From positions 32,426,001-32,490,000 of the forward strand of contig OZ024752.1 of NCBI GenBank assembly GCA_964016885.1: a stretch of 64,000 nucleotides of DNA. The letters run 5' to 3'. Positions 1 through 15,402 of the stretch are shown here, one piece after another. Position 1 is the first letter of the stretch, and every line of letters starts with the position of its first letter. The translations under genes were made by a program, and so were the position numbers. Source of the DNA: Eledone cirrhosa. Its lineage: Eukaryota. The notes beneath the pieces were generated by a model. The model made no database searches, had not been told where the DNA came from, and saw only the letters and a program-made list of their open reading frames with translations.

Positions 1-24
1 GGTCCAGGAATCGAACTCACGATA

Positions 25-51
<27 letters not shown>

Positions 52-55
<4 letters not shown>

Positions 56-330
56 ATTGAAGTTTCCGTTGAAAATGGAAAAAGTCATAGGAGTGAAGAG
101 TGCTCTATGTAAGTACCAGAGCTAAATATTTAATGTATAATAAACAATACAATATAATTACCTCATTACCAGAGGTTTCCCGAATAAAACGAATACGAAA
201 GAAACGTCCTCATTCGTTCGTCCGAATTGCCTTGTCCGACGAACGAATGAGGACGTTTCTACCGTATTCGTCTTATTCGGGAAACCTCTGGTAATGAGGT
301 AATTATATTGTATTGTTTATTATACATTAT
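52..330 (-). mobile_element. Fold-back PLE pseudo-LTR-type element in (TA)n
   Basis: Inverted arms at about 131-219 and 237-329, an HHR 3' half (GAAA-cc tct gg-TA), a GCTC/GAGC hairpin at 100-123, and (TA)n on both sides. Confidence 0.7.
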
Positions 331-628
331 ATATATATATTTCGTTTCTGAATTTGTTTAGCAAGATTCTTTATCTGAAAAGGTGTATTGAAACCGATAT
401 TGTTATACTTTGGGGGGTCATGTTGCCAATAAGAAACACACGCACCAGTTGCTTTCACTCCAATCCTCTAAATACTCGGCCACGCGCCTTCAAAATATAT
501 ATGTGTGAGTGTTTATATCAGTTTTCCAAAAGATGTCGACATGAATGGACCTGTTATTTTTATCTAAAGACATTTTTTTTCCAATTCCAACCCGCCCGTC
601 CCTTCAAACTATCTTATTTCTCATTCTT

Positions 629-664
629 TCTTCTGATGAAGGACGAGCGTCCGAAACGTTAAGA
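629..664 (+). ncRNA. Minimal hammerhead ribozyme
   Basis: tctt-CTGATGA-a-ggac gagc gtcc-GAAA-cg-TT-aaga, with palindromic stem III (acgt). Confidence 0.85.
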
Positions 665-730
665 CCCTCTTCCTACTATTTCATGCGTTAACTTAATATA
701 TTCCTTCGAAATACTGTACCGATTGTGTTG

Positions 731-804
<74 letters not shown>

Positions 805-882
805 AACAAAGTGGAGGTGTTGCATAAGACATTCATTGCTCAATCCTGGTTACAAATGTTTCAAATAAAGAAACCTTTATTA

Positions 883-1062
883 TTGGCAGTATCGGTAGAG
901 GGTCAGACGCCATGCTTTGCAGCACAGTTACGTCCCTTTACGAACTGAGTTCAAATCCCGCTGAGGTAAACTTTGCCTTTCATCCTTACGGGGTCGATAA
1001 AATAAAGTACCAGTAATGTACTGGGTAATTGCTGCCGTTGTGCCAAAAGTAGAAACAATTAT
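883..1062 (+). mobile_element. tRNA-derived SINE
   Basis: A box tggcagtatcgg, B box gagttcaaatccc, core tttgcctttcatcct..ggggtcgataaaataaagtaccag, tail agaaacaatta. Confidence 0.85.
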
Positions 1063-1448
1063 TATATACACTCTGCTTTGCATCGAGTGCTGACCTTGGT
1101 ACGCTCACCAGATTTCTTCGGACATACTGAACCTTCTGCGCATATATATACGAGTATATATATTATATTTTATATATACAGAGATAATGTGTGTGTGTGT
1201 GTGTTGTTATATGGAGGGGGGGGGTCATGTTGCCAATAGAAAGAAACACATGCACCATGTAATTTTCACTTTATCTTGTTCGTTTTCACAACGATAATCT
1301 TGCCGAACAAATACATAAACCTATATATATTTTCTATAGTAATAATAATAAATTTGAAGACTAAAATCCAAAGAGGGCTCGATAAGGATAAATATATATC
1401 AAATATATAAGAACCGTAGAGCAAATATTTATTAAAATAACAGATTAA

Positions 1449-1499
1449 AGTTTAAGCAAAGAATCGCTGCTTTCACCCTTAACGGGATCTTCTGAAACT
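1449..1499 (-). ncRNA. Hammerhead-like motif with CAGAAGA (U4A) core
   Basis: Reverse complement: agttt-CAGAAGA-tccc gttaa gggt-GAAA-gca..tgc-TT-aaact. A near-identical copy lies at 58396-58446. Confidence 0.6.
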
Positions 1500-2131
1500 A
1501 AAAAGTTAATCTTTGAACGCAGAAGTAAATATTTCAAAAAACGTTGCAACCGGAGGAAGACAGGAAGACGATACTTTGGTTCGTGGAAACGTTCCCTGGC
1601 AAAGAACGGGAAAGAACGAATATAATACGTCATTAATAGGAGCGGTGAAAAACAATTACGCGCAAAGACAGAACCACGTTTATGGTATAAAAGAGGTCGT
1701 AGACTAATGTTCTCTTAGGTGGTTCATAGAGACGTTCTCTGGCAATGAATGAAAAAAAACGAAGATAATACGTCATATGTGGATCGTGGAGAACAATAGC
1801 ACGCAAAGACAAAACCACGTAAATGGTATAGCAGAAGTCGTAGACTAAAATTCTAACTAGGAGACCGAATGAATCTCCGCTTCAGAGTTAAGAACAAAGT
1901 AAATAAATACAATACAGAAGTAATAGAAATAAATAAATACATACACGCAAACAAATACGTACATACACAAGCATACGCAGAACACTTACCATCGGTATAC
2001 AAAACCACGCACATATAAATATGTGTGTGTGTATGCGTATATACAAATAAATAAATAATTATATAAACGTATATAAATAAATAAATACGTATATAACAAG
2101 CGCACACACATACCTACATGTAAATACACGA

Positions 2132-2905
<774 letters not shown>

Positions 2906-3060
2906 TTATTTTATAGTTTAAGGCAACAACAAACAGATACAAAAAGTCTTATTAGTTTCACGCTATATATGGAAAAGTGGAAAGAATATATATATATATA
3001 TATATATAGTAAAGGAGTCAGGACCCCGACGGCTGAGCTCTGGCCGTTTCGACAGAACCC

Positions 3061-4652
3061 CTAGACCCACGGACACCCTACTTCACACTGAAGGACCACA
3101 AATCCGATTTCGACCGTAAACTTTCTATCAGGCTTATAAACCCAATGAAGTCCGACATAGGGAGAATCAGCAAAAAAATGCTAGACCGCGTTATACCAAA
3201 AGTTAAGCAACACGCCAGACTTAGCCTATGGGTCAACACCCAGGAAGTAATTTCATGGTTCAGCAATATGCAGGAAAAACGAGACACTAAATTCATCCAG
3301 TTTGACATAGAGAGTTACTATGCTTCAATCACCTTACCGCTACTTACGGCTGCCTTGGACTTCGCCGAAGCACTTGTGCCCATCACCGACCAGGAAAGAA
3401 ACATCATCCTCCACGCCAGGAAGACAGTCTTACTCTTCGACAACTCCAAATGGATAAAGAGAGCTCCCGACTCACCCTTCGACGTCAGCATGGGCGCGAC
3501 GGATTCGGCTGAGGTCACAGATCTTATAGGATTATTCCTAATAGCCAAACTCACCGATTTGTTTCCTGCATTCGGCCATGGATTGTACCGTGATGATGGG
3601 CTCCTTACCCTTAAAGGGTACAACCCCAGTAGTACAGATCGGGTCCGGAAACAATTAATCAGATTCTTCCGCGACTGGGGATTTAAAATAACCCTGCAAA
3701 CGTCCCTGACCCGAGTAAACTTCCTGGACGTTACCCTTGCCCTCGATAATGATCTGTACTACCCATACAGGAAACCTAATGACAACCTGCACTACATCCA
3801 CCGCCAGTCAAACCATCCTAGGAACATCACCAATAACCTGGTTAAAAACATCTCCCTCCGCATATCCCGTTTGTCAGCTAATGAGCAGATATTTGAGGAA
3901 CATGCGCCTTACTACAACCAGGCCCTCAAGCGGAGTGGTTTCCGGGAGGAAATATCCTACTGTCCAGCTTCCATTAGCGGAACCAGCAGGCGACACCGCC
4001 GCTCACGCAATGTAACATGGTTCAATCCTCCCCCACAACGCCGAGGTGACAACTCCTATCGGGAAAATTTTCTTTAGGCTCATTGGAAAACACTTCCCAC
4101 TACAACACCGCTACCACAACATAATTAACAAAAATACCATTAAACTCTCTTACAGCACCACACCAAACTTTTGCACAAAACATCGTCTCCTCTAACAACA
4201 AAAAACTCAACCCCTATGGAAGAAATAACCTAAATAGCAGTGGAGAGCCGACCAGGAGGTGCAACTGTCCTGATGGATCCATTTTCCCCCTCGACAACAG
4301 ATGCAGAGATCGTAATGTGATCTACCAGTGCAACGTGAGGACGGACACCTCCAACAAAGCTTACATAGGATTAACCGCATGTGACTTCAAGACCCGGCTA
4401 TACCAACACAGACATACCTTCTGAAACCCGGCCCGGCGTCACGCCACTACACTTTCGGGCCACATATAGGACCTCAAGGATAACAACATTACCTATGATC
4501 TCACTTGGAGCTTACTGTCCAGATCCAACTCTTACACGGGAGGACGCCGTCCGTGCAATTTATGCTCGGAGGAAACTTTACAAATGCTGTTTTCGACGGA
4601 CCAACTCCTAAACAAGAAAGATGAACTGGTTACTGCATGTAAACACAGGTAA
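3061..4652 (+). pseudogene. PLE reverse transcriptase / GIY-YIG endonuclease ORF, disrupted
   Basis: The frame of ORF 3145-4077 reads TLKDHK..RLINP..KSDIGRISK, QFDIESYY, FDVSMGATDSAEV, GLYRDDGL, NFLDVTL, YIHRQSNHP, WFNPP. After frameshifts near 4030 and 4175, frame 4260-4652 reads CNC..PLDNRC..NVIY..AYIGLT..FKTR..H..CNLC.EE..LLNKKDEL..CKH, with in-frame stops TGA 4422 and TAG 4467. Confidence 0.93.
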
Positions 4653-4924
4653 AGAATTACAACCAAAATTAAATAGAAAATATGAGTGGAACAGCAACAT
4701 CACAACTTACAATTAAGGACAAAATGAAAACACACACACACATAGAACAAACAACCAACCAACAATAAATAAATAAATAAATAAACAAATAGATAAATGA
4801 ACACAAACACACACAGACACCCGGATGTGACGCATGCGCAAACTGAGCACACAACACACACACGGAAACAAAATGGCGTAGGATAGAAGAAAGGAAAGGC
4901 ACAGAAACAAAGAAAGGAATCCCC

Positions 4925-4969
4925 AGTCACTGAAGAGGTCACAGAGTGTGTGACGAAAGGACTATGACT
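4925..4969 (+). ncRNA. Minimal type-I hammerhead ribozyme in PLE pseudo-LTR
   Basis: agtca-CTGAAGA-g-gtcaca/tgtgac-GAAA-ggac-TA-tgact. Stem I agtca/tgact and stem II gtcaca/tgtgac both pair. Confidence 0.88.
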
Positions 4970-5127
4970 ATATATAAACAACTATCTGGTTGTGGAACCA
5001 ACCAACCAGAAATTTATAAGTTTGTAGATTTGTAAATTTATAAATTTATAAATATATAATAAATTGAAGTGAAAGCAACTGGTGCGTGTGTTTCTTATTG
5101 GCAACATGACCCTCCCAAAGTATAACA

Positions 5128-5277
5128 ATATATATAAATAAATATATATATATAAATATATATATATATAAATATATAAATATATATATATATATAAATA
5201 TATATATAAATATATATATATGTATAAATATATATATAAATATAAATATATATAAATATATATATATGTATAAATAT

Positions 5278-5340
<63 letters not shown>

Positions 5341-5935
5341 TATAAATATATATATATATAAATATATATATAAATATATATATAAATATATATATAAATA
5401 TATATATATATAAATATATATATAAATATATATATATATAAATATATATATAAATATATATATATATAAATATATATATAAATATATATATAAATATATA
5501 TATAAATATATATATAAATATATATATATATAAATATATATATAAATATATATATAAATATATATATAAATATAAATATAAATATAAATATATATATAAA
5601 TATAAATATATTTATAAATATAAATATGAATATATATATAAATATAAATATATATATGAATATATATATAAATATAAATATATATATGAATATAAATATA
5701 AATATGAATATATATATAAATATAAATATATATATGAATATATATATAAATATAAATATATATATGAATATAAATATAAATATATATATAAATATATATA
5801 TAAATATATATATAAATATATATATAAATATATATATAAATATAAATATATATATAAATATATATATAAATATAAATATATATATAAATATAAATATATA
5901 TATAAATATAAATATATATATAAATATATATATAA

Positions 5936-6003
<68 letters not shown>
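5128..6003. repeat. (TA)n/(TAAA) microsatellite array
   Basis: Seen directly. Confidence 0.97.
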
Positions 6004-6004
<1 letters not shown>

Positions 6005-6435
6005 ACGGAGGAAATGTGTTAAGGAACAAAGTGGACCATAACGCACCAAAGTACTCAATACTTAGGGTAGTAGTGTGGGTAATAGGAACGAGTAGGACCC
6101 CGACGGCAGAGCTAAAGCCGTTTCGACGGCTAATTCTGGACTAAATGAACATTTTTATCCTGGTATTTGAATAGCCGAGCTTCTCAAGGGGTGGTAATTC
6201 CATATATGGTAAAAGTGATTGTCACAAGGATTGGTCAAAAGTTTGTTGTTGAGACATAATAATTCTATCATGGCAATTTGTGGAGGGAAGGGGTAGCTGA
6301 ACCTGCCAGTAAGAGAAAGAGGGAGAGGGGGTGGATATAAATGAAGTAATTCCGTCGGAAAAGTCTAGGAAAAAAGAGTGCTCTATGTAGGTAACAGAGC
6401 TTAATAGTTATGTAATAAACAACATAAGGCAATTA

Positions 6436-6496
6436 TTTCATTTACCAGTGCTTTCTTAAAAGCAAAAACATTTTGCTTTCAATCATCAGAAAGAAA
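6436..6496 (-). ncRNA. Hammerhead ribozyme (left arm of inverted repeat)
   Basis: Reverse complement: ttcttt-CTGATGA-ttgaaagcaaaa..tttgcttttaa-GAAA-gcactgg-TA-aatgaaa. Confidence 0.65.
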
Positions 6497-6662
6497 AAAT
6501 CCTGGTGTATTTCTTGACGTTAGATTTTAAAAACAAAAATATAATCTATATGAAAGTGAGGCTGGAAAAGGAAGAACGAAAGGAAAAATAAAATAAAAAC
6601 ACACATGCAAACACACACACACACACAATTATATACATACACATATATATATATATATACAT

Positions 6663-6694
<32 letters not shown>

Positions 6695-6721
6695 CCATAT
6701 ATATACACATACATACAACCC

Positions 6722-6764
<43 letters not shown>

Positions 6765-7516
6765 ACATACATATACATACACATATACATACACATACAT
6801 ACATACACACAATCTTACGTATATACACACGTACATACATACACATACATACACACATATATATATACACGCATACATACGCATGCACAAAAATAGAAAT
6901 ATATACACACACCTCTACATACTCACACACACAAATAAATATAAGAAAAAATATATAATAATAAAAAACCCCAAAAAATATATATATCTTTTTTACGTTT
7001 TTTATTATTATATATTTTTTCTTATATTTATTTGTGTGTGTGAGTATGTAGAGGTGTATGTATATATTTCTATTTTTGTGCATGCGTATGTATATGTGTA
7101 TATATATATGTGTGTATGTATATGTATGTACGTGTGTATATACGTATGATTGTGTGTATGTATGTATGTGTATGTGTATGTATATGTATGTGTGTATATA
7201 TATATATATATTATATCTGTGTGTGGTTGTATATATGTATGTGTATGTATGGATATGTTGATATTTATGTGTGGTTGTATGTATGTATATATGTATGTGT
7301 ATGTATATATATATACACATATATATGTGTGTGTATATGTGTGTGTGTATGTATATATATATATGTGTGTATGTATATAATTGTGTGTGTGCGTGTGTGT
7401 GTGTGTTTGCATGTGTGTTTTTATTTTATTTTTCCTTTCCTTCTTCCTTTTCCAGCCTCACTTTTATATAGATTATATTTTTGTTTTTAAAATCCAACCT
7501 CAATAAATACACCAGG

Positions 7517-7579
7517 TTTTTTCTGATGATGGTTGAAAGCAAAATTTTTTTGCTTTTAAGAAACCACTGGTAAATGAAA
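7517..7579 (+). ncRNA. Hammerhead ribozyme (right arm of inverted repeat)
   Basis: CTGATGA at 7523, stem II ttgaaagcaaaa/tttgcttttaa, then GAAA-cca c tgg-TA-aatgaaa. Confidence 0.65.
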
Positions 7580-7604
7580 TAATTGCCTTATGTTGTTTAT
7601 TACA

Positions 7605-9952
<2,348 letters not shown>

Positions 9953-10034
9953 GAAAAACCCAAAAGCACGAACTTCATCCGTTCCCTTGTCGATTCAATT
10001 GGATTGCCTCGGAAACAACCTTATTATGTAACAA

Positions 10035-10108
10035 GCTGTCTGATGATGACACGACACTCGCACACAGAACAGTGTGGCCAGTGTCGTCATTGAAATATAT
10101 ATCACAGC
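10035..10108 (+). ncRNA. Hammerhead ribozyme with extended stem II
   Basis: gctgt-CTGATGA-..cgacact/agtgtcg..-GAAA-tatata-TC-acagc. Stem I gctgt/acagc pairs perfectly and stem III is palindromic. Confidence 0.8.
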
Positions 10109-10227
10109 ATTATTATTAAAGGACTTGAACATCTGAAACTACTTCGCTTTTCCTTATTCGATATTACTCCGTCACTCTATGTGGAAAAGTACGTTGACTG
10201 CTTGTATTGAATTGCATCAATGTTTAC

Positions 10228-10259
<32 letters not shown>

Positions 10260-10261
<2 letters not shown>

Positions 10262-11104
10262 CGGCGATGAATTAGTTTTGCGAGGTTTTGGTATGAAATC
10301 GCGTGTCAAAACAAATATTGTTATACTTGGGGAGGGTCATATTTGTGTAATAATATTGTCAGAATTAATAACAGAACGCACTCACTGTTGGTTTTCGCTT
10401 CTGTGTCCTTTATATTGGTTAATTTAATTTATTCGGTCCTCAATGTTACCATTGACTGACCAACGGTCAAAAATACAGATACAATATAGACACAAACACA
10501 TATATATAGTCTAACAAAGTTCTTTCGTTGCACATCTGCAACATCGTCAGTGGTGCTATTATGTTTCCTCCCGTGGCATTGTATGCCTATACCATCTTTA
10601 TTTAGTCTGTTTATTTATGTATTTATTTGTTTATTTTTTGTCTTCTCTGCGCATGCGTTTGCGTGTGTGTATAGTGTTTTGTTTGATGTGTGTTCGTGTT
10701 TGGGTGACTGTGTATTGGTTATTGTATTCTATCTTAGTTTACTAGTGTGTTTATATGTGTTTGTTGTTATTGTGCTTGTGTATGTATTTATTTATTTATT
10801 TATTTATTTATAAACAAATAAATAAATAAATAAACAGACTAAATAAAGATGGCGGGAGGAAACATAATAGCACCACTGACGATGTTGCAGATGTGCAACG
10901 AAAGAACTTTGTTAGACTATATATATGTGTTTGTGTCTATATTGTATCTGTATTTCTGACCGTTGGTCAGTCAATGGTAACATTGAGGACCGAATAAATT
11001 AAATTAACCGATATAAAGGACACAGAAGCGAAAACCAAACAGTGAGTGTGTTCTGTTATTAATTCTGGCAATATTACTACACAAATATGATCCTCTCCAA
11101 GTAT

Positions 11105-11110
<6 letters not shown>
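10260..11110 (-). mobile_element. Fold-back pseudo-LTR of a PLE subfamily related to 3061-5130
   Basis: Arms at about 10315-10625 and 10815-11110, each with an HHR. The tail encodes an [13 protein letters not shown] homologue. Confidence 0.8.
10871..10915 (+). ncRNA. Hammerhead ribozyme (weak stem I); inverted copy at about 10510-10555
   Basis: CTGACGA-t-gttgca gatg tgcaac-GAAA-gaac-TT, homologous in layout to the HHR at 4925. Confidence 0.6.
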
Positions 11111-11136
<26 letters not shown>

Positions 11137-11142
<6 letters not shown>

Positions 11143-11501
11143 GAATACACAGGTAAGCATTAAGAGAAGGATTTCATCCAGGTATTTAGGACCGTTTCAT
11201 TGGTAAGTGCAACCTTATATTGCTATACTGCAAATAGCAGTATGCGAAAAATTATAATTGAGTGGCTGCTATTTGCAGTATAGCAATATAAGGTTACACT
11301 TACCAATGAAACGGTCGTAAATACCTGGTTAAAATCCTTCTCTTAATGCTTACCTGTGTTTTCTCTTTTATACTTTATACTCCAAGATTGAACGGAATTC
11401 TTACAAACTTGTGGAGTTACCCCTAACCGTACGTTGAAACCATCCATGAAACTGGCTTTCTTAACCAAGAACTGGATCACAATAAGCAATTTTTTGCTTC
11501 T

Positions 11502-11510
<9 letters not shown>
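11137..11510 (+). mobile_element. Fold-back element with HHR 3' half
   Basis: Arms 11137-11240 and 11266-11370, GAAA-cggtcg-TA, a downstream actcca/tggagt hairpin, and (TA)n flanks. Confidence 0.7.
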
Positions 11511-11532
<22 letters not shown>

Positions 11533-11778
11533 GTAGCAATGTCACTGGAACCAAACTGTATCGGTCTTCGCCTTTTAATAGGATGACATCAGTGATGTGA
11601 AGGTGGGAGTTTGGCAAACATGGGAGGCAGCTGGCTACCCAGAATAAAACATATTGCACAGGCTTGTACTTTAGAGTGGAACTTACCAGATACACTCCAT
11701 CAACTTCAGTCAGTCCTCAACAACTTGTTACACCCCATCAACTTCGGTTACATTGAATGTGTGTATGTTCGTATGTTC

Positions 11779-11857
<79 letters not shown>

Positions 11858-12024
11858 CGTATGTGTGTTTGATGTATGTATATTTGACATAATTTAGCTT
11901 TACAAAAAAAGATCAACCTGTTTCACTCCATGAGAAGTTGATGACAGAAAAATTTCACTGTAGAATTGTTCCTGTCATCAAAGGATATATGATGTCATTA
12001 TGTCAAATAAAGAAACATTATCTA

Positions 12025-12205
12025 CTGGCAGTATTGGTAGAGAGTCGGACGCCATGCTTTGACGCATAGAGTTACGGCCTTTGCCATTCTGAGTTCAAAT
12101 CCCACCGAGGTTAACTTTGCCTTTCATCCTTACGGAGTCGATAAAATAAAGTACCAGTAATGCACTGGGTAATTGCTGGCCTTGTGCGTAAAGTAGAAAC
12201 AATTA
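12025..12205 (+). mobile_element. tRNA-derived SINE
   Basis: Same family as 883-1062. Confidence 0.85.
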
Positions 12206-12505
12206 TCTACAACTTTGTATGTAGGACTTACTTGTAATTGTCCTTCCTTATTCACCTATATGAAAAACCATATCCAACCATCCATCTCGCTCTCTCTCTT
12301 TCTCGCTATAGAAAAATGTGTGAAATCCTTGGTACAGTTACGTATATTTATAAAAAGGAAAAGAACGACTTCACTTGTAATTCTAAACAATTTGATTTAA
12401 TTTTATATGATTTACAATTTTGTTTTGTAGAATTACAAACCAAATTGTAAAATCATATAAAATTAAATCAAATTGTTTAGAATTACAAGTGAAGTCATTC
12501 TTTCC

Positions 12506-12554
<49 letters not shown>

Positions 12555-12556
<2 letters not shown>

Positions 12557-12745
12557 GGTTTCTTATATAGGCACAAGGCCAGTAATTTGGGGGAAAGGGA
12601 AAGTCGATTAAATCGACTCCAGTGCGTGACTGGTATTTTATTTTATCGATCCCATAAGGATGAAAGGCAAGTTATCCTCGGCGGATTTGAGCTCAGGTCA
12701 TAAAGAGCCGTAACTCTATGGTGGTGCAAAGCATGGTGTCCGACC

Positions 12746-12748
<3 letters not shown>
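12555..12748 (-). mobile_element. tRNA-derived SINE (variant tail)
   Basis: The reverse complement carries the SINE core and B box. Confidence 0.75.
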
Positions 12749-12787
<39 letters not shown>

Positions 12788-12788
<1 letters not shown>

Positions 12789-13140
12789 AGAAAAAAAGAT
12801 GAAATCGAAAATACAATTGGAGTCTTATTAAAAAATATATATATATATATATTTATTTGGTTCTTTTCCCGGTTTTCGCAGTTCTTCTGCTTTTCAAAAG
12901 TAGGGTTGAGAGGAGGGTCTGTGGTTTTCTCACATCTTTTCTCACAGATGTGAGAAAAACCACAGGCCCTCCATCTCAACTCTACTTTTGAAAAGCAGAA
13001 GAACTGCGAAACCGGTAAAGGAACCAAATAAATATATATATATTTTTTAAAATAAGACTCTTTTTTTCTTTATACTTTCACTCGTGTAGGACACCTCAGT
13101 TATTTTTCATTTTCATTTTGTAAAAAAAACCTCACTTTCT
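12788..13140 (+). mobile_element. Fold-back element with U3-A8 HHR
   Basis: Arms at about 12820-12937 and 12946-13060, flanked by (TA)n. Confidence 0.7.
12985..13020 (+). ncRNA. Hammerhead variant with U3-A8 core (TTGAAAA)
   Basis: ctt-TTGAAAA-gcag aagaa ctgc-GAAA-ccgg-TA-aag. All three stems pair. Confidence 0.65.
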
Positions 13141-13207
13141 AATATATATATATATATAATAAAATAAAACCAGGACGAGTGGTTACTCCTTCGTTACGTT
13201 TATTAGT

Positions 13208-13293
13208 TGGTGACGTACGTTTCGCCACCGATCATATCAAGGTTCGATCTGTATCGATCTATCCCGACTCTATAATCCGTGGCTCGTCAGGCC
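13208..13293 (-). ncRNA. Hammerhead ribozyme with long loop II
   Basis: Reverse complement: CTGACGA-gccac..gtggc-GAAA-cgtacg-TC. Stem III is the palindrome acgtacgt with a GUC cleavage triplet. Stem I is imperfect. Confidence 0.7.
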
Positions 13294-13555
13294 CTTTTAG
13301 TGGTAATGAAAAAATGATTATATATATATATATATATAATTGAAAAAGGGAAGAATAACATGGTCAACAGTACAAAAGAGGGGATTTATTTACAGTCTAA
13401 TAATTATTTCTCTGATTAAACAGTTTCTGATGTTCTGTTTGAGTTAACATGGTATTTGAAATTGAGTGGCACTGCTTCTAGTGTTCAGCAATTTTTAGAC
13501 AACTTAATCAGAGAAACAATTGTTAGACTGTAAATAAATCCACTTTTTTGTACTG

Positions 13556-14026
13556 TTGGTATCAGTCCATTCATAAAATTTAATATGTTAAATAGAGACG
13601 TCAAAGTAAAACATTTTTTTGCAGGTAGACTAGCAGTGCGATCGATATTTCCCAGAATATGGTTTTGTAAATTCCACTATTTGCAACATTATTGTAAAAA
13701 CCTGTGATATTTTCATCGTAAAGTCTCCAGATAGACAGGCTTCCGTGATAGAAAGTTAGTGTAAATGTTCTCCTAATGTATTCAGGAATACGTATATAAT
13801 AGGGACCCGTTGTTAACGATACTTTCTATCAATTGTACATATATTTATTTACTGTGATCTGACAACTTCACTTTAACACATGATTTACCTTTAGGTTATA
13901 TGATATATATGTCATGCAAGCGTGGGAAGATGGACGTTAAACGGTGATAATGATGATATATATACAACTTTGATAGGTTTCGACCAGTGTTGGCGAAGGC
14001 CATGTCTAACTTTATACCACAACCTG

Positions 14027-14068
<42 letters not shown>

Positions 14069-14575
14069 AATAACAAAATATCGTTATAGGTAATCCAGTT
14101 AGAGGTTGTGAATACTTCTTATTATGGATAGTTTTAGCGTACGGCGTTGTTTGGCTCAACAAGAGGTTTACGTCGATGACGAGTTTATGATTTCACTTGT
14201 AATCCTATGTTATACTTGTTATTCTTGTTATTCTTCACTTTTTCAATTTTATTACTCCAAGATAAACTTACATAGGATTACAAGTGAAATCATAAACTCG
14301 TCATCTACGTAAAACTCTTGTTGAGCCAAACAACGCCGTACGCTAAAACTATCCATAATAAGAAGCCCGCCCCTATTTCTCATTCTTTCTTCTGATGAAG
14401 GACTAGCGTCGGAAACTTTAAGACCCTCTTCCTGCTATTTCAAGCATTAACCTAATATATTTCTTCCATATACTGTACCGATTGTTGAGCCAAACAACGC
14501 CGTACGCTAAAACTATCCATAATAAGAAGTATTCAGAACCTCTAACTGGATTACCTATAACGATATTTTGTTATT

Positions 14576-14612
<37 letters not shown>

Positions 14613-15083
14613 CAGGTTGTGGTATAAAGTTAGACATGGCCTTCGCCAACACTGGTCGAAACCTATCAAAGTTGTATATATATCATCATTATCACCGTTT
14701 AACGTCCATCTTCCCACGCTTGCATGACATATATATCATATAACCTAAAGGTAAATCATGTGTTAAAGTGAAGTTGTCAGATCACAGTAAATAAATATAT
14801 GTACAATTGATAGAAAGTATCGTTAACAACAGGTCCCTGTTATATACATTTTCCTGAATACATTAGGAGAACATTTAGACAGGCTTCCGTGATAGAAAGT
14901 TAGTGTATCTGGAGACTTTACGATGAAAATATCACAGGTTTTTACAATAATGTTGCAAATAGTGGAATTTACAAAACCATATCCTGGGAAATATCGATCG
15001 CACTGCTAGTCTACCTGCAAAAAAATGTTTTATTTTGACGTCTCTATTTAACATATTAAATTTTATGAATGGACTGATACCAA
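13556..15083. repeat. Inverted duplication (arms about 600 bp) with internal palindrome and HHR fragment
   Basis: 13556-14161 is the reverse complement of 14483-15083. An inner palindrome spans 14113-14364. Confidence 0.85.
14388..14423 (+). ncRNA. Degenerate hammerhead (same family as 629-664)
   Basis: tctt-CTGATGA-aggactagcgtcg-GAAA-ct-TT-aaga. Confidence 0.55.
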
Positions 15084-15249
15084 AAATGTCATCACCAACA
15101 TGAGTTTATTCTATGAAACTGTCGTCTACTCATAGGTTGAATACATTATACTATTATACAGGGAATTTCTTTAACATTTTCCCATCATTTTTAGTTTTAG
15201 AAGTTCCTAGATGTATTGTAAATATTCCATGGATATTCTACAAGCAAGC

Positions 15250-15402
15250 AGCGAATTGGCAGAGTCATTAGAACGTCGGATAGAATGTTTTGTGATATTC
15301 GTTCTGGCTCTCTACGTTTTGAGTTCAAAAGCCGCCGAGATCAATTTTGTTTGTCATCCACTCGGGGGTCCATTATAAAAGTACCCGTCACGCACTGGGA
15401 TC
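15250..15402 (+). mobile_element. Diverged SINE
   Basis: tggcagagtc..gagttcaaa..tcatcc..ggggtc..aaagtacc. Confidence 0.6.

Larger units (their letters stand above)
3061..5130 (+). mobile_element. Penelope-like retroelement (C-terminal endonuclease type), 5'-truncated, with HHR-bearing pseudo-LTR, inserted in (TA)n
   Basis: RT and GIY-YIG motifs are followed by a 3' UTR containing an HHR (4925-4969) and a tail whose copies recur at 340-460, 32328-32846 and, diverged, at 10260-11110. (TA)n lies on both sides. Confidence 0.93.

Noticed and set aside
883-1062. SINE heads as real tRNA genes
   Set aside because: A and B boxes are present but widely spaced, no cloverleaf forms, and a shared SINE body follows in about 12 copies.
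4422-4424. In-frame TGA in the GIY-YIG region as selenocysteine (as in Naiad PLEs)
   Set aside because: The position is not a conserved Cys and fits CGA-to-TGA decay. A nearby TAG and frameshifts show general decay, and the endonuclease is C-terminal.
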